This document shows, piece by piece, positions 47,801-57,474 of a stretch of DNA of 64,000 nucleotides (positions within the stretch are counted from its first letter, which is position 1; each line of letters starts with the position of its first letter). The translations under genes were made by a program, and so were the position numbers. The notes beneath the pieces are model-generated. The model was not told where the DNA came from, made no database searches, and saw only the letters and a list, made by a program, of their open reading frames with translations. Source of the DNA: a virus (Duplodnaviria > Caudoviricetes); the IMG/VR virus record IMGVR_UViG_3300030330_005655, positions 31,490 through 95,489 of that record; one strand, given 5' to 3'.

Positions 47801-49023
47801 CACTGCTGGAGATCGGCGGCCTGCCCAGCAGTTCCTTTTATTGTAGCTGTAACATTATTTGCATTATTTGATTCAACATTTAGTTTTACAAAACTGCCAA
47901 TAGAGCTAGCACCAGCAATGGCGCTACCATTCCAGCTAAGAGTGCCGCCATCATTATACAAGGTATTTGTTGTGACCGCTGGAACATAGCTAGATAATGC
48001 AACACCCTTTTGAATTCTTCCAGATGCAGATACATCTAATCCGAACTCAGGAATTCCACTTCCAACTCCTACATACCTACCCCTTCTGGCTATCTTTACA
48101 TCACCGCTAGCATCAATCTCAAACAAAGGCAAGCCGCTTATATTTGAAACATTAAAAATATTTCCACTAGATAGGTTGTCTGTAATATTTAATAACTGAC
48201 CCTCAGAACCTTCAAAAGAAATAGATGTTCCGCTAGGACTAAAAGATTTATCGTCAGTATTTGCTTTTACATTGATGTCGCTTAAAGCGCCAGAACCGGT
48301 AAAGACTATTTTTGGAGTAGAAGAACTGGATTTTATCTGAAGCTCTTGCAACCTGCCCGTTCCAGACATATTAAATTCTGCACCCACCAAACTGAGACCA
48401 GAGCCAGCAGTGAAATTACTACCACCAGAAGCATAATTAGCGATGCCAGAAACTGCAACTACATCAGACTCATTTTGACCAGCAATACCGGAAGCGTAAT
48501 TTGCTATACCTGATGTGGCAACAATGTTTGAAGAACTTGACGCTATGTTAGAGGTGTTAGTAGCTATGTTAGAAGTATTTACATCAATACTTGGAGTTTT
48601 TCCAGAACTATATACGGCTATTCCAGAAACGTATTGAAGTTGCGCAGTAGTAACATCACCACCGCCAGACTGAGCCAGACCAGAAGCATATGCAGCAATT
48701 CCAGAAACGGAAGTTACGTCTGTTATAAAAGCAGCTTTTTCAGCAGGATATGTTATGAATACCGATCCGCTACCGCCTAAAGATATCTTTGAACCAGCAG
48801 AAGAGCTTGTAAGAACAGTAGTTCTTTCTAAATTATTAGAACCGTAAGTACCAATTCCAATTTCAAATTTATCATTTTCTTCCAAGGCGTAAAACGTTGT
48901 GTCTCCACTTGACAAAACCGAATCAAATGTTTGAAAACCTGCTGGAGCGCCAGTTAAGGAAAGGCCACCAACGCCTGTACTGGATGTATTCTCCCTAACT
49001 CTATCAGCTACTTTTAATGCCAT
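44848..49023 (-). CDS. Long tail/capsid fibre protein with SGIAxYASG repeats and an embedded cupredoxin-like domain
   Basis: N-terminal ADRVRE..T.G.G.L.L.GA..GF..F fibre-type start; 13 Y(A/S)SG repeats; C-terminal W.G...PT.S......D fibre-tip module. Confidence 0.75.
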   Translation of the reverse strand: MALKVADRVRENTSSTGVGGLSLTGAPAGFQTFDSVLSSGDTTFYALEENDKFEIGIGTYGSNNLERTTVLTSSSAGSKISLGGSGSVFITYPAEKAAFITDVTSVSGIAAYASGLAQSGGGDVTTAQLQYVSGIAVYSSGKTPSIDVNTSNIATNTSNIASSSSNIVATSGIANYASGIAGQNESDVVAVSGIANYASGGSNFTAGSGLSLVGAEFNMSGTGRLQELQIKSSSSTPKIVFTGSGALSDINVKANTDDKSFSPSGTSISFEGSEGQLLNITDNLSSGNIFNVSNISGLPLFEIDASGDVKIARRGRYVGVGSGIPEFGLDVSASGRIQKGVALSSYVPAVTTNTLYNDGGTLSWNGSAIAGASSIGSFVKLNVESNNANNVTATIKGTAGQAADLQQWQDNTELVRAKVDNVGNFLTSGNITSASGQIFLPGGGGTTSPTLCFTGSSNKRVGFYEKISDQQISFTAGGRNRIIMGDDRLQVNNAAYIGWSSSAVGEAQDGTDLALRRESSGVMSIRRNAATSGPSLGEIIASGVSASGVELPNHVPASTTNRLYNEGGTLKFNGSAVGGGGGGGGTSAEATYASGQVNVSVDGTAEASKALILDSAKSFTGVKDGRFSQFDSFVYSTGVNVGNSGILLARNTPGVTTDTLYNIGGALYFNGSQLASAGASSEAAYASGQAISNQSNITALNTASGIATSLLAVSGTATSLVASSGIATYASGQAIENESNIAVVSGVAYNIFNIVSGNGNDYIIDGMGLGNAADPDIYLHKGHSYTFNKTFSGHPFRVSATEGGSVYQDADGNNIEIGSSPAEVRFEVPQDAPDKLHYYCTSHPSNMKGIIYTTNNVDEIIHVSGIAAYASGQAISNQGNITALLTASGTATSLIASSGISTYASGQAIANESDIVATSGIANYASGQAISNQSNITALNTASGIATSLLAVSGTATSLVATSGIATYASGQAIANESDIAALLTASGTATSLIASSGIATYASGQAIANEGDLVAVSGIAAYASGVSLTVKEADNSPNVSNVRTIVVSNGTLTDNGAGQVTLSTGGGGGGMTNFTLAGDGGSNQTIADGNTLTVAGGNGITTAGAATDTVSIAVDAAQTTITSLLATDIKIGEDNETKIDFETADEIHFYANNVEQVYLADNIFGPQSDSDVDLGSTGVRWKDAFVDSITVTGEIDGDSLDIEGDADINGTTNLDAVDIDGNVQIDGTVTVGVDDTGKDVKFFGATSGSYFEWDESEDRLNLVGAAYVNEAVPANDTPTAEDATVTLDLKKGNYHNISLGQNVTKFEFLNAKRGQRFLLRITQNASSAKTISWSNVDYTSGGAAATVRWAGNITPTMSTSTSHTDVYGFLCTNNAGSAFDGFIVGQDLHD

Positions 49024-49058
49024 TTAGACATACCTCCAATATAAAAATGTTAACGATT

Positions 49059-49349
49059 TTAGTTAGGGTCTGTAATGTTTGGAGGTGTTGGAGTAGGAAC
49101 ATTTTCTCTTTCCACTTTAAGCTCATAAGCAACAGTGTTTGACATTAGATAATCTCTTGTCATTCTATTTGCAAACTGAGATTGAGTTTCAGGGTTGGTA
49201 ATTCTTTCAGGATTTGTTTCTGGGTCTACAGGTAAAGAAGGATTCCAGTCAGGATTATTGATTTCTGCTTTATAGCCATAGTTAGCGCACATAGCACTAA
49301 TAACTCTTCCAACATCCTCGTCTGCTATATTAACTGAAAAAACTGCCAT
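49059..49349 (-). CDS. Small hypothetical virion-associated protein
   Basis: GGAG SD; NP repeats. Confidence 0.6.
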   Translation of the reverse strand: MAVFSVNIADEDVGRVISAMCANYGYKAEINNPDWNPSLPVDPETNPERITNPETQSQFANRMTRDYLMSNTVAYELKVERENVPTPTPPNITDPN

Positions 49350-49351
49350 CT

Positions 49352-49573
49352 TTATCTCCTTACGCTAAACTCTAATATCTTGTTTATATCTAAGCTAAAA
49401 TCTGCTTGTTTGTTTACTTTCAAAAGAAAATCGGCCTGTTTGTTGATAGCTAGCGGAAACGTTATAACATCTTTATTGAAGTATATTACAACCTGACCAC
49501 CGCCAAACGGCTCAGATCTAACGACACCATCATCTGTTAACGAAGTTTCTGAAAAAGAACTTAAACCAAACAT
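49352..49573 (-). CDS. Small hypothetical protein (MFGLSSFSE.. start)
   Basis: GGAGG SD and late motif upstream; INKQADF repeats. Confidence 0.6.
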   Translation of the reverse strand: MFGLSSFSETSLTDDGVVRSEPFGGGQVVIYFNKDVITFPLAINKQADFLLKVNKQADFSLDINKILEFSVRR

Positions 49574-49588
49574 AGACACCTCCAGAGA

Positions 49589-49598
49589 TATATACACA
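49589..49598 (-). promoter_or_regulatory. Late-promoter motif TGTGTATATA
   Basis: Just downstream of the MCP terminator, upstream of the fibre operon. Confidence 0.65.
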
Positions 49599-49613
49599 AA
49601 ACAAAGTATATAA

Positions 49614-49652
49614 TAAAAAAAGCCGCCCAAAAAAATGAGCGACTTTCTTTTT
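49614..49652 (-). terminator. Rho-independent terminator after major capsid gene
   Basis: Minus-strand AGTCGCTCA/TGGGCGGCT stem (G-U pairs) followed by a T run. Confidence 0.75.
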
Positions 49653-49671
49653 GCCTAAGCTGCAATCAATT

Positions 49672-50673
49672 CTAGAAAGAACCAGCAAGGACTCTGCGGT
49701 TGTCAAGGACACCAAAGCCCATTTCAGCCCATCCGTAATAACCTTGACGCTGATGACGATGAAGACCTTCATCTTCATAGATCTCAACTTCTTTCTTAAC
49801 AGGCATTACAAAGCTGTCGTTTTGAGCTTGGTCCAGACCGATAACCAGTTCAACATCAGCAGCCTGAAGAGAACCACCAAGGTCGCTAACAAAGTAGTCT
49901 TGATACTCTTGGTTGTCACCGAACTCAAACAGGTCATGAAGATTTACACCGAAGATTCTGGTAATTGCTGGACCGTCATCGGTAGCAACGTAAACCTCTC
50001 TACGGCTAACTTCATCAAGCTGATCGACACCCCAGTTGCGAATATCTTCAATTGCTTCAGGCGAGCAATAGAGATCAGTCAAGCGACCCGGAGCGGTTAC
50101 GCTGTTACCGCCACCATTACGGCGCATAACAGTTTTCAACAAGCTAACAAGGCGCTTGGTGAATTGACCAGCAGCAGCATCTGCGTCGTAAACCAAAATG
50201 TTACGATCAACAGCGGCAGCCAACAGAGTGTGCCATCCATCATCGTTAATCTTCTTAACGAATGAGGACTCAAGAACCTGCATCGCTCTGCCAACAACGT
50301 TCCAGTTAGCCTCACGCGCATATTTAAGCAGGAAGTCAATCGAGCTTGAAATGCCGTAAGTATTAACCATTACGTAATCACCTTCAACGTGTCGCTCAGG
50401 AATGCGTCCGTTTCCGGGATTTGTATAGGCGATGTGTTCAGTTTCAGTTCCGGGGGCCAAAAGATCCAATGGAAATTCTGGGGTAGCTCCCGGCTCAAGA
50501 GGCATAGCTTCGTAGATCGAAGTTACCACATCACCAAAAAGTACGCCTTTTCTAAGTGGCGTTTCTAAAGCTTTAGCGATTTCTCGCTGTGCTTCTATAG
50601 CAATAGCTTTATCGGAACTGCCAGAACGCTTGAGCAATTCGATAAACTCTGCCGAAGGACGGTTTGTAGACAT
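49672..50673 (-). CDS. Major capsid protein (HK97 fold)
   Basis: Position after protease and decoration genes; strong SD and terminator; C-terminal GYYGWAEMGFGVLDNRRV. Confidence 0.85.
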   Translation of the reverse strand: MSTNRPSAEFIELLKRSGSSDKAIAIEAQREIAKALETPLRKGVLFGDVVTSIYEAMPLEPGATPEFPLDLLAPGTETEHIAYTNPGNGRIPERHVEGDYVMVNTYGISSSIDFLLKYAREANWNVVGRAMQVLESSFVKKINDDGWHTLLAAAVDRNILVYDADAAAGQFTKRLVSLLKTVMRRNGGGNSVTAPGRLTDLYCSPEAIEDIRNWGVDQLDEVSRREVYVATDDGPAITRIFGVNLHDLFEFGDNQEYQDYFVSDLGGSLQAADVELVIGLDQAQNDSFVMPVKKEVEIYEDEGLHRHQRQGYYGWAEMGFGVLDNRRVLAGSF

Positions 50674-50700
50674 ATTATCTTCTCCTTATTTAATTATTAT

Positions 50701-51186
50701 TTAAGCGTTAGTGTTTGGAAGGTCAATGTAGACTTTAGCATAACCATCTTCGTCCACGTCGGACAAGAATCTACCCACAATAAGGCGATCCGGGTTAGTA
50801 GGATTACCAGCGAGAGCGCTCGTAGCAATATTGCCACTATGCGCCAAGTATGCTGGATCGCCCGCATTTGGATCTGTACCTTCCAGACTATTGGTTACAA
50901 CGAAACCCTTCTGGAGAAGAGTGACCTTACCACCCTTTTGAACTTCGTCTTTGTGCTGGTTCAAGTGCTGACGAGTCAGGTCAATATTAACCATATCGTT
51001 CAACAAAAGACCTACAGGAACTTTACCCGAAGGTGAAGCTGAGAAAGTAACAACTGCGTTACCGTTATCCATCGACGCACCAGAACCACCAGTGCTAATA
51101 ACTGCGACACCGCCGCGAGTAGCAGCTTCGTTCATAAAGAACGAGATGTCAGTTTGAAGAGTACTTCTATCAGTTTTGAGAGCCAT
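50701..51186 (-). CDS. Head decoration/cement protein
   Basis: Between protease and MCP; PVGLLLND..KVTLL..G.V.T..P.AG..AY..G. Confidence 0.65.
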   Translation of the reverse strand: MALKTDRSTLQTDISFFMNEAATRGGVAVISTGGSGASMDNGNAVVTFSASPSGKVPVGLLLNDMVNIDLTRQHLNQHKDEVQKGGKVTLLQKGFVVTNSLEGTDPNAGDPAYLAHSGNIATSALAGNPTNPDRLIVGRFLSDVDEDGYAKVYIDLPNTNA

Positions 51187-51212
51187 TATTTTATCTCCTT
51201 GTTAAAAATAAA

Positions 51213-52673
51213 CTATTTTTTTGGAACAGATTGTAAGACAGAGCCAATCCACTCACTTGCAACACTACGAAGAGATTCTGCCTGATCAATTTCAGGCTCA
51301 ACCTCTGCGATTGCTACTTCTTCAACTGGCTCTACAGAATCAAGAATTTCTTCTCCAGCTTCAGCGGAGTCAAGTTCTTCGTCAATATCAGCCTTAGCAG
51401 GCTTTTTCATTACAGCTTCTTCTTCTTTATGCTCAGGCGTATGCTTGGCTTTCTTTTTCATCAATGCAACAACTTTATCAAAAGTGTCATCATCAACTTC
51501 ATTAAAGTCTGCAAGAGTAGCTTCTGCTTCTTCTGTCTCAAGACCGAGATTTTCAAGCTGGGCTTTGCGCTTCATCATCATTGCATCTTTTTTCATTTTA
51601 CGAAGCTCTTCCATCTTTTCTTTCATTTCTTCGCTACCCTTTTTGATAGCTTCGTCCTTTTCTTTAATCGCTTCTTCTTTTTTTATCGCTTCGTCTTTCA
51701 GCTTTTTAACAGCTTCTGCTTGCTCTGCGATAGTAGCTTCAAGAGCTTGAATCTTAGACTCAAATTCCGCTTGCTGCTCTGCAACTACTTTCTCTTTAAG
51801 TGCATCATTAGCAAGTTTCGCTTCTGCTAACTCCGCGCGCAAGTCTTCAACTTGCTTATCTAAATCTGACATATTACTCTCCTTAATTGAAGAAATTGTT
51901 AAAATTTGTGATTTTGACTCATCAAAAAATTCATTCCTATCTAATATAATACTACGTGGATTAGCAGGTTTTGAAACTAGACCTTTACCAGAGAATGCTA
52001 AATTTCTTAAAAGTCTGCCAACTCTATAGTCTTGATATACTCCATCCCCACCGTAAGCCCTTAGATGTTTAGTTAAAAAGGCAGAGGCTTCACTTCTTTC
52101 GATAACTTTTGTTTGACCTTCTTCATCAAGCAAAGCATAGTCAAAAGCTGGAAATAAACATTCCATAGAGACGTACCATTGACCGTCATCTATTTCTGCT
52201 ATAATTTTATTAATTCTTTCTCTTTGCTCAACATCACTCCAAGACTTGTATATAACTGCGTTTGTAATGATATTGAATGCATCTGGAGGAGACTCCAAGT
52301 CAGAATCCAATCTCTTGCCATCAAAATCAACGGCGGCGTTTCCAGTTATGTGTCCTATAATATCTTTTTCATTATGCATGAAATTGAATGGCTTATCTTC
52401 AGGAGTATTTCTAGCATCCCAAGTTTCACCGGGGTCAAAAACATCATCGTTTTTATTCCACCCAGTGCTGACCAAAATCGACTGTAGATAAAAGAGGTCC
52501 ATTTGGTTTTTGTTTTGGGCAGCAGAAAACATGGATGCTAAATCGCTAGCAACTATCTTTTCTTTCGCGTCATCGCTAAGATTAGAAGCCTGTGCGACAG
52601 AGCAATATGTTAAGTTATTATTTTCAAGATGGTCTTTTAGACCATCCTGTATTTCTGTTTTGTAAATTTGCAT
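51213..52673 (-). CDS. Prohead protease fused to coiled-coil scaffold
   Basis: WNKNDD.F, NFMH..IIGHI, VSMEC, F.G.G.V..PA; long E/K-rich coiled-coil C-terminus. Confidence 0.75.
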   Translation of the reverse strand: MQIYKTEIQDGLKDHLENNNLTYCSVAQASNLSDDAKEKIVASDLASMFSAAQNKNQMDLFYLQSILVSTGWNKNDDVFDPGETWDARNTPEDKPFNFMHNEKDIIGHITGNAAVDFDGKRLDSDLESPPDAFNIITNAVIYKSWSDVEQRERINKIIAEIDDGQWYVSMECLFPAFDYALLDEEGQTKVIERSEASAFLTKHLRAYGGDGVYQDYRVGRLLRNLAFSGKGLVSKPANPRSIILDRNEFFDESKSQILTISSIKESNMSDLDKQVEDLRAELAEAKLANDALKEKVVAEQQAEFESKIQALEATIAEQAEAVKKLKDEAIKKEEAIKEKDEAIKKGSEEMKEKMEELRKMKKDAMMMKRKAQLENLGLETEEAEATLADFNEVDDDTFDKVVALMKKKAKHTPEHKEEEAVMKKPAKADIDEELDSAEAGEEILDSVEPVEEVAIAEVEPEIDQAESLRSVASEWIGSVLQSVPKK

Positions 52674-52691
52674 AGATAAAACCTCCGAAAC

Positions 52692-52701
52692 ATTATACAC
52701 A
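52692..52701 (-). promoter_or_regulatory. Late-promoter motif TGTGTATAAT
   Basis: Upstream of protease/scaffold. Confidence 0.65.
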
Positions 52702-52727
52702 AAAAAATAAAATTAAAGTTTTTTTTG

Positions 52728-54830
52728 CTATAAAGTCACTGTTTCAGCAAACGACTGGGAGTAAATAAACTTCATCTCGTTTGAGTTTGGAGATCTGTTA
52801 TTCATGCCTAAAAAGTCTTCTTTTTTAGACTCTATTGATGACACAAAAGCCTTAGAGGGATTTTTGATAGAATCAATAAGGTTTTTAACAACCTCATCAT
52901 CTATCTCCATAAAAGGCTGCATTCCACTCATTATACAGAGTTTTAAATACTCTACTTGATCAAGCTCAGATTTACTAAGACTCCTCATGTTCTTTTTGTT
53001 AAAGTGAGCTAAGGCTATAGGCGAAAGTATCTCTGATATTTTGCTTTGGGCTTCCATAGCCCACAGCACAGCCAAGGTGGTATCAGAACTTCTAGGAAGA
53101 ACTCTTTTTTGCTTTCTTTTCTGGGTGTCTTTAGAAAACATCGGACGACCACCAAGATCTACAATTTTATCGCCGCTTTCTCTTGGTGCGGGCTGATTTT
53201 TTTCTTCCACTTTGACATCAACCTCTTCTTCCTGCTTGTGTGGAATGTTCTGCTTCTCTAGGTATTCTTTGGTGTCAACCAAATCTTTAGTAAGAGCTAT
53301 CTTTGCAATATCATTGCTGTGTTGAGGATTGTGATATGGGCTAGCCTTTTTCGGAGCATATGCCTCGCTATCTCTTTCTCTTTCTTCTCTTTTCACTCTT
53401 ACCTTCTCTATACTTGGCAACTCTCTAAATCTTTCAAGAAGCGTTTCCTGAGAGATGATATCTCTATCTGCAAGTTGAATAAGTAGGTTTTTCTGAGCCG
53501 CCTCGTCTGAAAGAATGATAGAATCAAAATGAATTTCTGCGGGATATCTAAAACCCATAGCCTTTTGCACTATCTCTATTTCTTTTTTCCAGAAGCTGGA
53601 AAGAACCTCTCTACCGTACTCAAGTCTTTCAACTAAGGTTTTTAATGACACATAGTTGTTGGTATAGCCACCGCCAGCGCTAGCGCCGGTTAGAGTGGGC
53701 GGAATGCCTAAACCTGCATATATACTGGTTAAAACCGGCTGATATTTTTCAGATCCTAAAAACCTATATACCTGAGATTGACTTTCGGTGAACTTGAGTT
53801 CCGGCCCCCAAACCATATCCATAGTTCCACCGCCAACATTGCTAGCCAGTATATCTCTAAGCTTGTTGATTACAGCCTTTGTTGGTACAATCTTGTGATC
53901 TAAGTCACCTATTGTCCAAAGCCTTACATTCGATATAGCTCCATCCAAAGCAGCTATGTCTGCTAGCTTCATTTTTTCTAGCATTATAATATCATCTAAA
54001 ATTGACCCTATCATTGGATCTGCCCAAACTAGCCAGTCATCCTTTTTATAAAAATAAAAGTCAACCTTGTTCATATCTAGCGGAATTGTTCTTTCACCGC
54101 TTTTTAGCCTTTGATACAGATCTTCCGGTAAAACCTTCTTGTTATTAGCGTTATTCATTATAGAATTATAAGAATTATTAGAAAGCCTCATGACATATTC
54201 TGGCTTCCCAATACTCATGCCATAGTGACCTTTTATATCTATAGAGAGAGGATTTAAAAAATTGTACCCCCAAGGTATCTCTCTTCTTTTAAAGTTCACA
54301 TCTTCTATTTTTGTATCTGCGGCAAAAGAGCTTTTCAACGCTCTTTCTTGAGATCGACTAACCTTAGCGGTGTTTCTTCTAACAACCACATTTCCAGTTC
54401 TATAAAGATAGTTCAAAAACCTTTCAGACCGGTCTGTGCCATTTATTTCTTTAAACCATTTTCTGTAAAACTTTTCTACGGATTTGTTTGGATGGACCAA
54501 CACCAGCCCCTGACTGGCAAAGTCGCTCATCAAATCTATAACATTTCTAATTATACCCACACTACTATAAGCCTGCATACACTGGCCTATTAGTCTTTTC
54601 TGCCTGCTGGCAACAGATTCGCCGGGGCGAAACGCATTGTAATCGTCTCTATTAAAGCTAGGACGAACAGACCTATTTGGCTCAACATTTATATAGGTAT
54701 TTCTCCTGCTGTAGTTATGAGCCGTAGATTTTTGTACGCCATCGTAAGCATTTATGTTATCAGACGTAGCTTTGTAAACCTGCTCTCTTTGAGAATCGCT
54801 ATCCCAAGTCATATATAGATCTTCTGACAT
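52728..54830 (-). CDS. Portal protein
   Basis: Directly after TerL; Y...GIIRNVIDLM..F, I...LGIP..L, IS.ET. Confidence 0.85.
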   Translation of the reverse strand: MSEDLYMTWDSDSQREQVYKATSDNINAYDGVQKSTAHNYSRRNTYINVEPNRSVRPSFNRDDYNAFRPGESVASRQKRLIGQCMQAYSSVGIIRNVIDLMSDFASQGLVLVHPNKSVEKFYRKWFKEINGTDRSERFLNYLYRTGNVVVRRNTAKVSRSQERALKSSFAADTKIEDVNFKRREIPWGYNFLNPLSIDIKGHYGMSIGKPEYVMRLSNNSYNSIMNNANNKKVLPEDLYQRLKSGERTIPLDMNKVDFYFYKKDDWLVWADPMIGSILDDIIMLEKMKLADIAALDGAISNVRLWTIGDLDHKIVPTKAVINKLRDILASNVGGGTMDMVWGPELKFTESQSQVYRFLGSEKYQPVLTSIYAGLGIPPTLTGASAGGGYTNNYVSLKTLVERLEYGREVLSSFWKKEIEIVQKAMGFRYPAEIHFDSIILSDEAAQKNLLIQLADRDIISQETLLERFRELPSIEKVRVKREERERDSEAYAPKKASPYHNPQHSNDIAKIALTKDLVDTKEYLEKQNIPHKQEEEVDVKVEEKNQPAPRESGDKIVDLGGRPMFSKDTQKRKQKRVLPRSSDTTLAVLWAMEAQSKISEILSPIALAHFNKKNMRSLSKSELDQVEYLKLCIMSGMQPFMEIDDEVVKNLIDSIKNPSKAFVSSIESKKEDFLGMNNRSPNSNEMKFIYSQSFAETVTL

Positions 54831-54871
54831 GTTTTCCCTTTAATGGTATTGGTAATAGTATTGTTAATACT

Positions 54872-54881
54872 AATATACACA
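54872..54881 (-). promoter_or_regulatory. Late-promoter motif TGTGTATATT
   Basis: TerL-portal intergenic region. Confidence 0.6.
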
Positions 54882-54883
54882 GA

Positions 54884-56863
54884 TTAATAAATATCCCGCA
54901 TTTTGTCAGCAAACCAAGATGGGCCATCGAACATTTTGCCAGAATTTTCAAACCTTGAAGAGTTAGCTTGAGCAAAGCCGCCAACATTCAACTCTTGATG
55001 TTTTTCATGTGTTGTATAGTTTCTGGCTGACATATTAGCCATTATAAGAGCAGAATACCTATCCTTTCTAAGTCTGGTTTTTCTTCCTGCTCCAAGCTTC
55101 ACCTCTGGAGTATCCCATCTTTCTCGACCCGTAGATGTTTGCGTCATAACAATCATGGATAATTCATCTTTCAGTTCTTCTATCTCCATAACGCAATCCT
55201 CTAGCGTGTCGTACTTTCTCCCAGCAACCTTATCGTCTTCAATAGAAAGGCCGATACTGGCACTGTCGAAAAATGGAAACAAAACAAGCTTATCTTCAAA
55301 ATCCTTTCTAAGACCATGATTAGCTTCTGCCAACCAATCGGCTTTTGCAAACTGGCAAAGCTTTAAAATGTGCAATCCTGAATGATAGTCTGTTTCCTTT
55401 TCCTTCTCTTCCACGGTAGGCCATATCCGAACTTCTCCCTCGCCTATTTTGTCTTTATCCTGCAAGGCTTCAACAACAGCTATTCCGCCACCTTGGGCAT
55501 CAATAGCGATTTCAATACATGGAAAGGATTTCATTAGCTGTCTTATTTTTTTAGCGCAATATGAATAAAAATCATCTTCATCAACCAATTTTGATTTTAG
55601 CTTTTCCTTGTGCTGTTTTCTTGTTGTCGTCCAACAATGCACAATTTTTCTATGGTCTGGGTTTACCTCCATAACGATTATACTAAAGTTATCAACTTCT
55701 GATGCAGGGTCAACACCAAATATATACTTTTTATTTGGATCTCCCTTCAACATTGATTCAAAACAGATGTCTCCAGAGGGCAAAGAAACAGGCTTTGATT
55801 GTGAAGTAGTGCAAGACTCAATCAAGCTTCTTTTGAAAAAGCCCTGACTGTCCGTCGTGAACACAGCACCATATTCCATGTTATATATTCCAGAGTGTAT
55901 AGTAGCCTTTGCTCTAGCAATCTGCCCACTATCCATAAAACCATCTGGAAGTTTTTCAACAGGCATCCTAATAACAGAATATTCTCTCCAGTCAAAATCT
56001 TGTGGAACCGAACCGCCAAAAACGTCTCTAAGCATAGCCTCGTTGCCACCACTACATATTATAGATTTATACCTTTTCCAATATTCTGCAAAGTGGTTAA
56101 AGTCGTAGTAAGCGGTTCCAGATAGTATTATCTGGTTTGACTTGTTCATACCGGTTTCAGGCGAATCATTGCCAACAGGTATCCCTAACTCTAGGGCTTT
56201 CTTTTCTTTTGCTTTTTGTTTGACCTTTTCTATTGGTGAAGCAGCCACGGCAGCAAAACCAGCAACAACGTTTTCAAAAATGTCTCTTGGTATAGAAGCG
56301 AATTCGTCTGCGATAATATCATTAGCTCGCTGGCCTCTAATTTTGCTACCATCTCCAAGTGGCAGGCAGGTAATGGTGCTTTGACCTATGTGCATAACGC
56401 ACCTGTCTACGTCTCGTCTGGGGCCACTGTTCGTAGGGCAAAGATCTCTCAATATTGGCGCGTTTTTCCATATTGTATCCATATACTCAAAAAGAACTTT
56501 TGACTGCCTAAAAGCCGCACCCACCACAATAATTTTTCTTCTTGGCATGAACAAAGCGCGAAGCAGGGGATAGACTGAAAGTATAAACGACTTGCCCATA
56601 CCGCGACTTCCTATCAACATAGGAAACTTACGATTCCACATTTCATATAAAAGCAAAGACTGAAATGGAGAAAGTTCTATATTTAAAATGAACTTACAAG
56701 CAAAGGAAAAATACTCTGGACGCATCATAAGCCAAGCTATTCTTTCTAAAAGCTTCTCGTTATCCGAGTCCTGCATTACAAAATCCATAGGATTAAACAG
56801 CTTTGACTCATCAACGTCAATCCCTAGCCATGCGTCTTCTAATTGCTTTGCGTGATCTATCAT
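54884..56863 (-). CDS. terL: Terminase large subunit
   Basis: Walker A GSRGMGKS, RG.R..IIADE (Walker B), ILSGT, nuclease FGVDPA..D, KDRYSAL. Confidence 0.93.
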   Translation of the reverse strand: MIDHAKQLEDAWLGIDVDESKLFNPMDFVMQDSDNEKLLERIAWLMMRPEYFSFACKFILNIELSPFQSLLLYEMWNRKFPMLIGSRGMGKSFILSVYPLLRALFMPRRKIIVVGAAFRQSKVLFEYMDTIWKNAPILRDLCPTNSGPRRDVDRCVMHIGQSTITCLPLGDGSKIRGQRANDIIADEFASIPRDIFENVVAGFAAVAASPIEKVKQKAKEKKALELGIPVGNDSPETGMNKSNQIILSGTAYYDFNHFAEYWKRYKSIICSGGNEAMLRDVFGGSVPQDFDWREYSVIRMPVEKLPDGFMDSGQIARAKATIHSGIYNMEYGAVFTTDSQGFFKRSLIESCTTSQSKPVSLPSGDICFESMLKGDPNKKYIFGVDPASEVDNFSIIVMEVNPDHRKIVHCWTTTRKQHKEKLKSKLVDEDDFYSYCAKKIRQLMKSFPCIEIAIDAQGGGIAVVEALQDKDKIGEGEVRIWPTVEEKEKETDYHSGLHILKLCQFAKADWLAEANHGLRKDFEDKLVLFPFFDSASIGLSIEDDKVAGRKYDTLEDCVMEIEELKDELSMIVMTQTSTGRERWDTPEVKLGAGRKTRLRKDRYSALIMANMSARNYTTHEKHQELNVGGFAQANSSRFENSGKMFDGPSWFADKMRDIY

Positions 56864-57474
56864 TTATAAATACCATCCACGAATCCATAGTATACCGCTT
56901 GTTCAGCAGTCATATACCAATCTCCATTGTTTAATTTTCTTTTAATGTAAGTCTTAGTTTTTGACTGGGTATAATTAGCATCTTTAAAAAACGCCCCTGT
57001 CTTTTGGCATTTTTCCGTATATATGTCTACCATTTGTCTAGCCGCATCTTTTTCAAAGGCTGCAAGATTCTGAGAACTTAGGTAATGGCCGCTTATCTCG
57101 CTACTGCCCCAATGCACCATAAAAGCAGAACTAGGAGTTATCAGTCTTTTTGTTGCGGCTTGTATGAGAATAGTTCCCATAGAGCATAGCTGACCGTAGG
57201 CAATAAAAGTTGTTTTACATTTGCAATTTTTGATAGCATCATATATACCCATTCCAGAGTACCAACACCCGCCTACTGTTTGCATATGGATAGTAATTGG
57301 ATCTTTATTGATGTTTTTTAGAACGTTTATATTTTTGATAAAGTTCTGAAGCATCCTGTGATCAACACCGGCAGATTCTCCAGAGTCATCAAATTCGTTT
57401 ATATAAATTTCCCTATTTTTAACATCAATTCCATAATTATGTATTTCACCAATACTATCTCTAGTGCTTGACAT
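56860..57474 (-). CDS. clpP: ClpP-family serine protease
   Basis: GG....MGIYDAI, G..CSMG (catalytic Ser), FMVH (His), DWYMTAEQAV.YG.VD. Confidence 0.85.
   Translation of the reverse strand: MSSTRDSIGEIHNYGIDVKNREIYINEFDDSGESAGVDHRMLQNFIKNINVLKNINKDPITIHMQTVGGCWYSGMGIYDAIKNCKCKTTFIAYGQLCSMGTILIQAATKRLITPSSAFMVHWGSSEISGHYLSSQNLAAFEKDAARQMVDIYTEKCQKTGAFFKDANYTQSKTKTYIKRKLNNGDWYMTAEQAVYYGFVDGIYK

Noticed and set aside
49651-50265. 204-aa plus-strand ORF
   Set aside because: Antisense shadow of the major capsid gene with no motifs.
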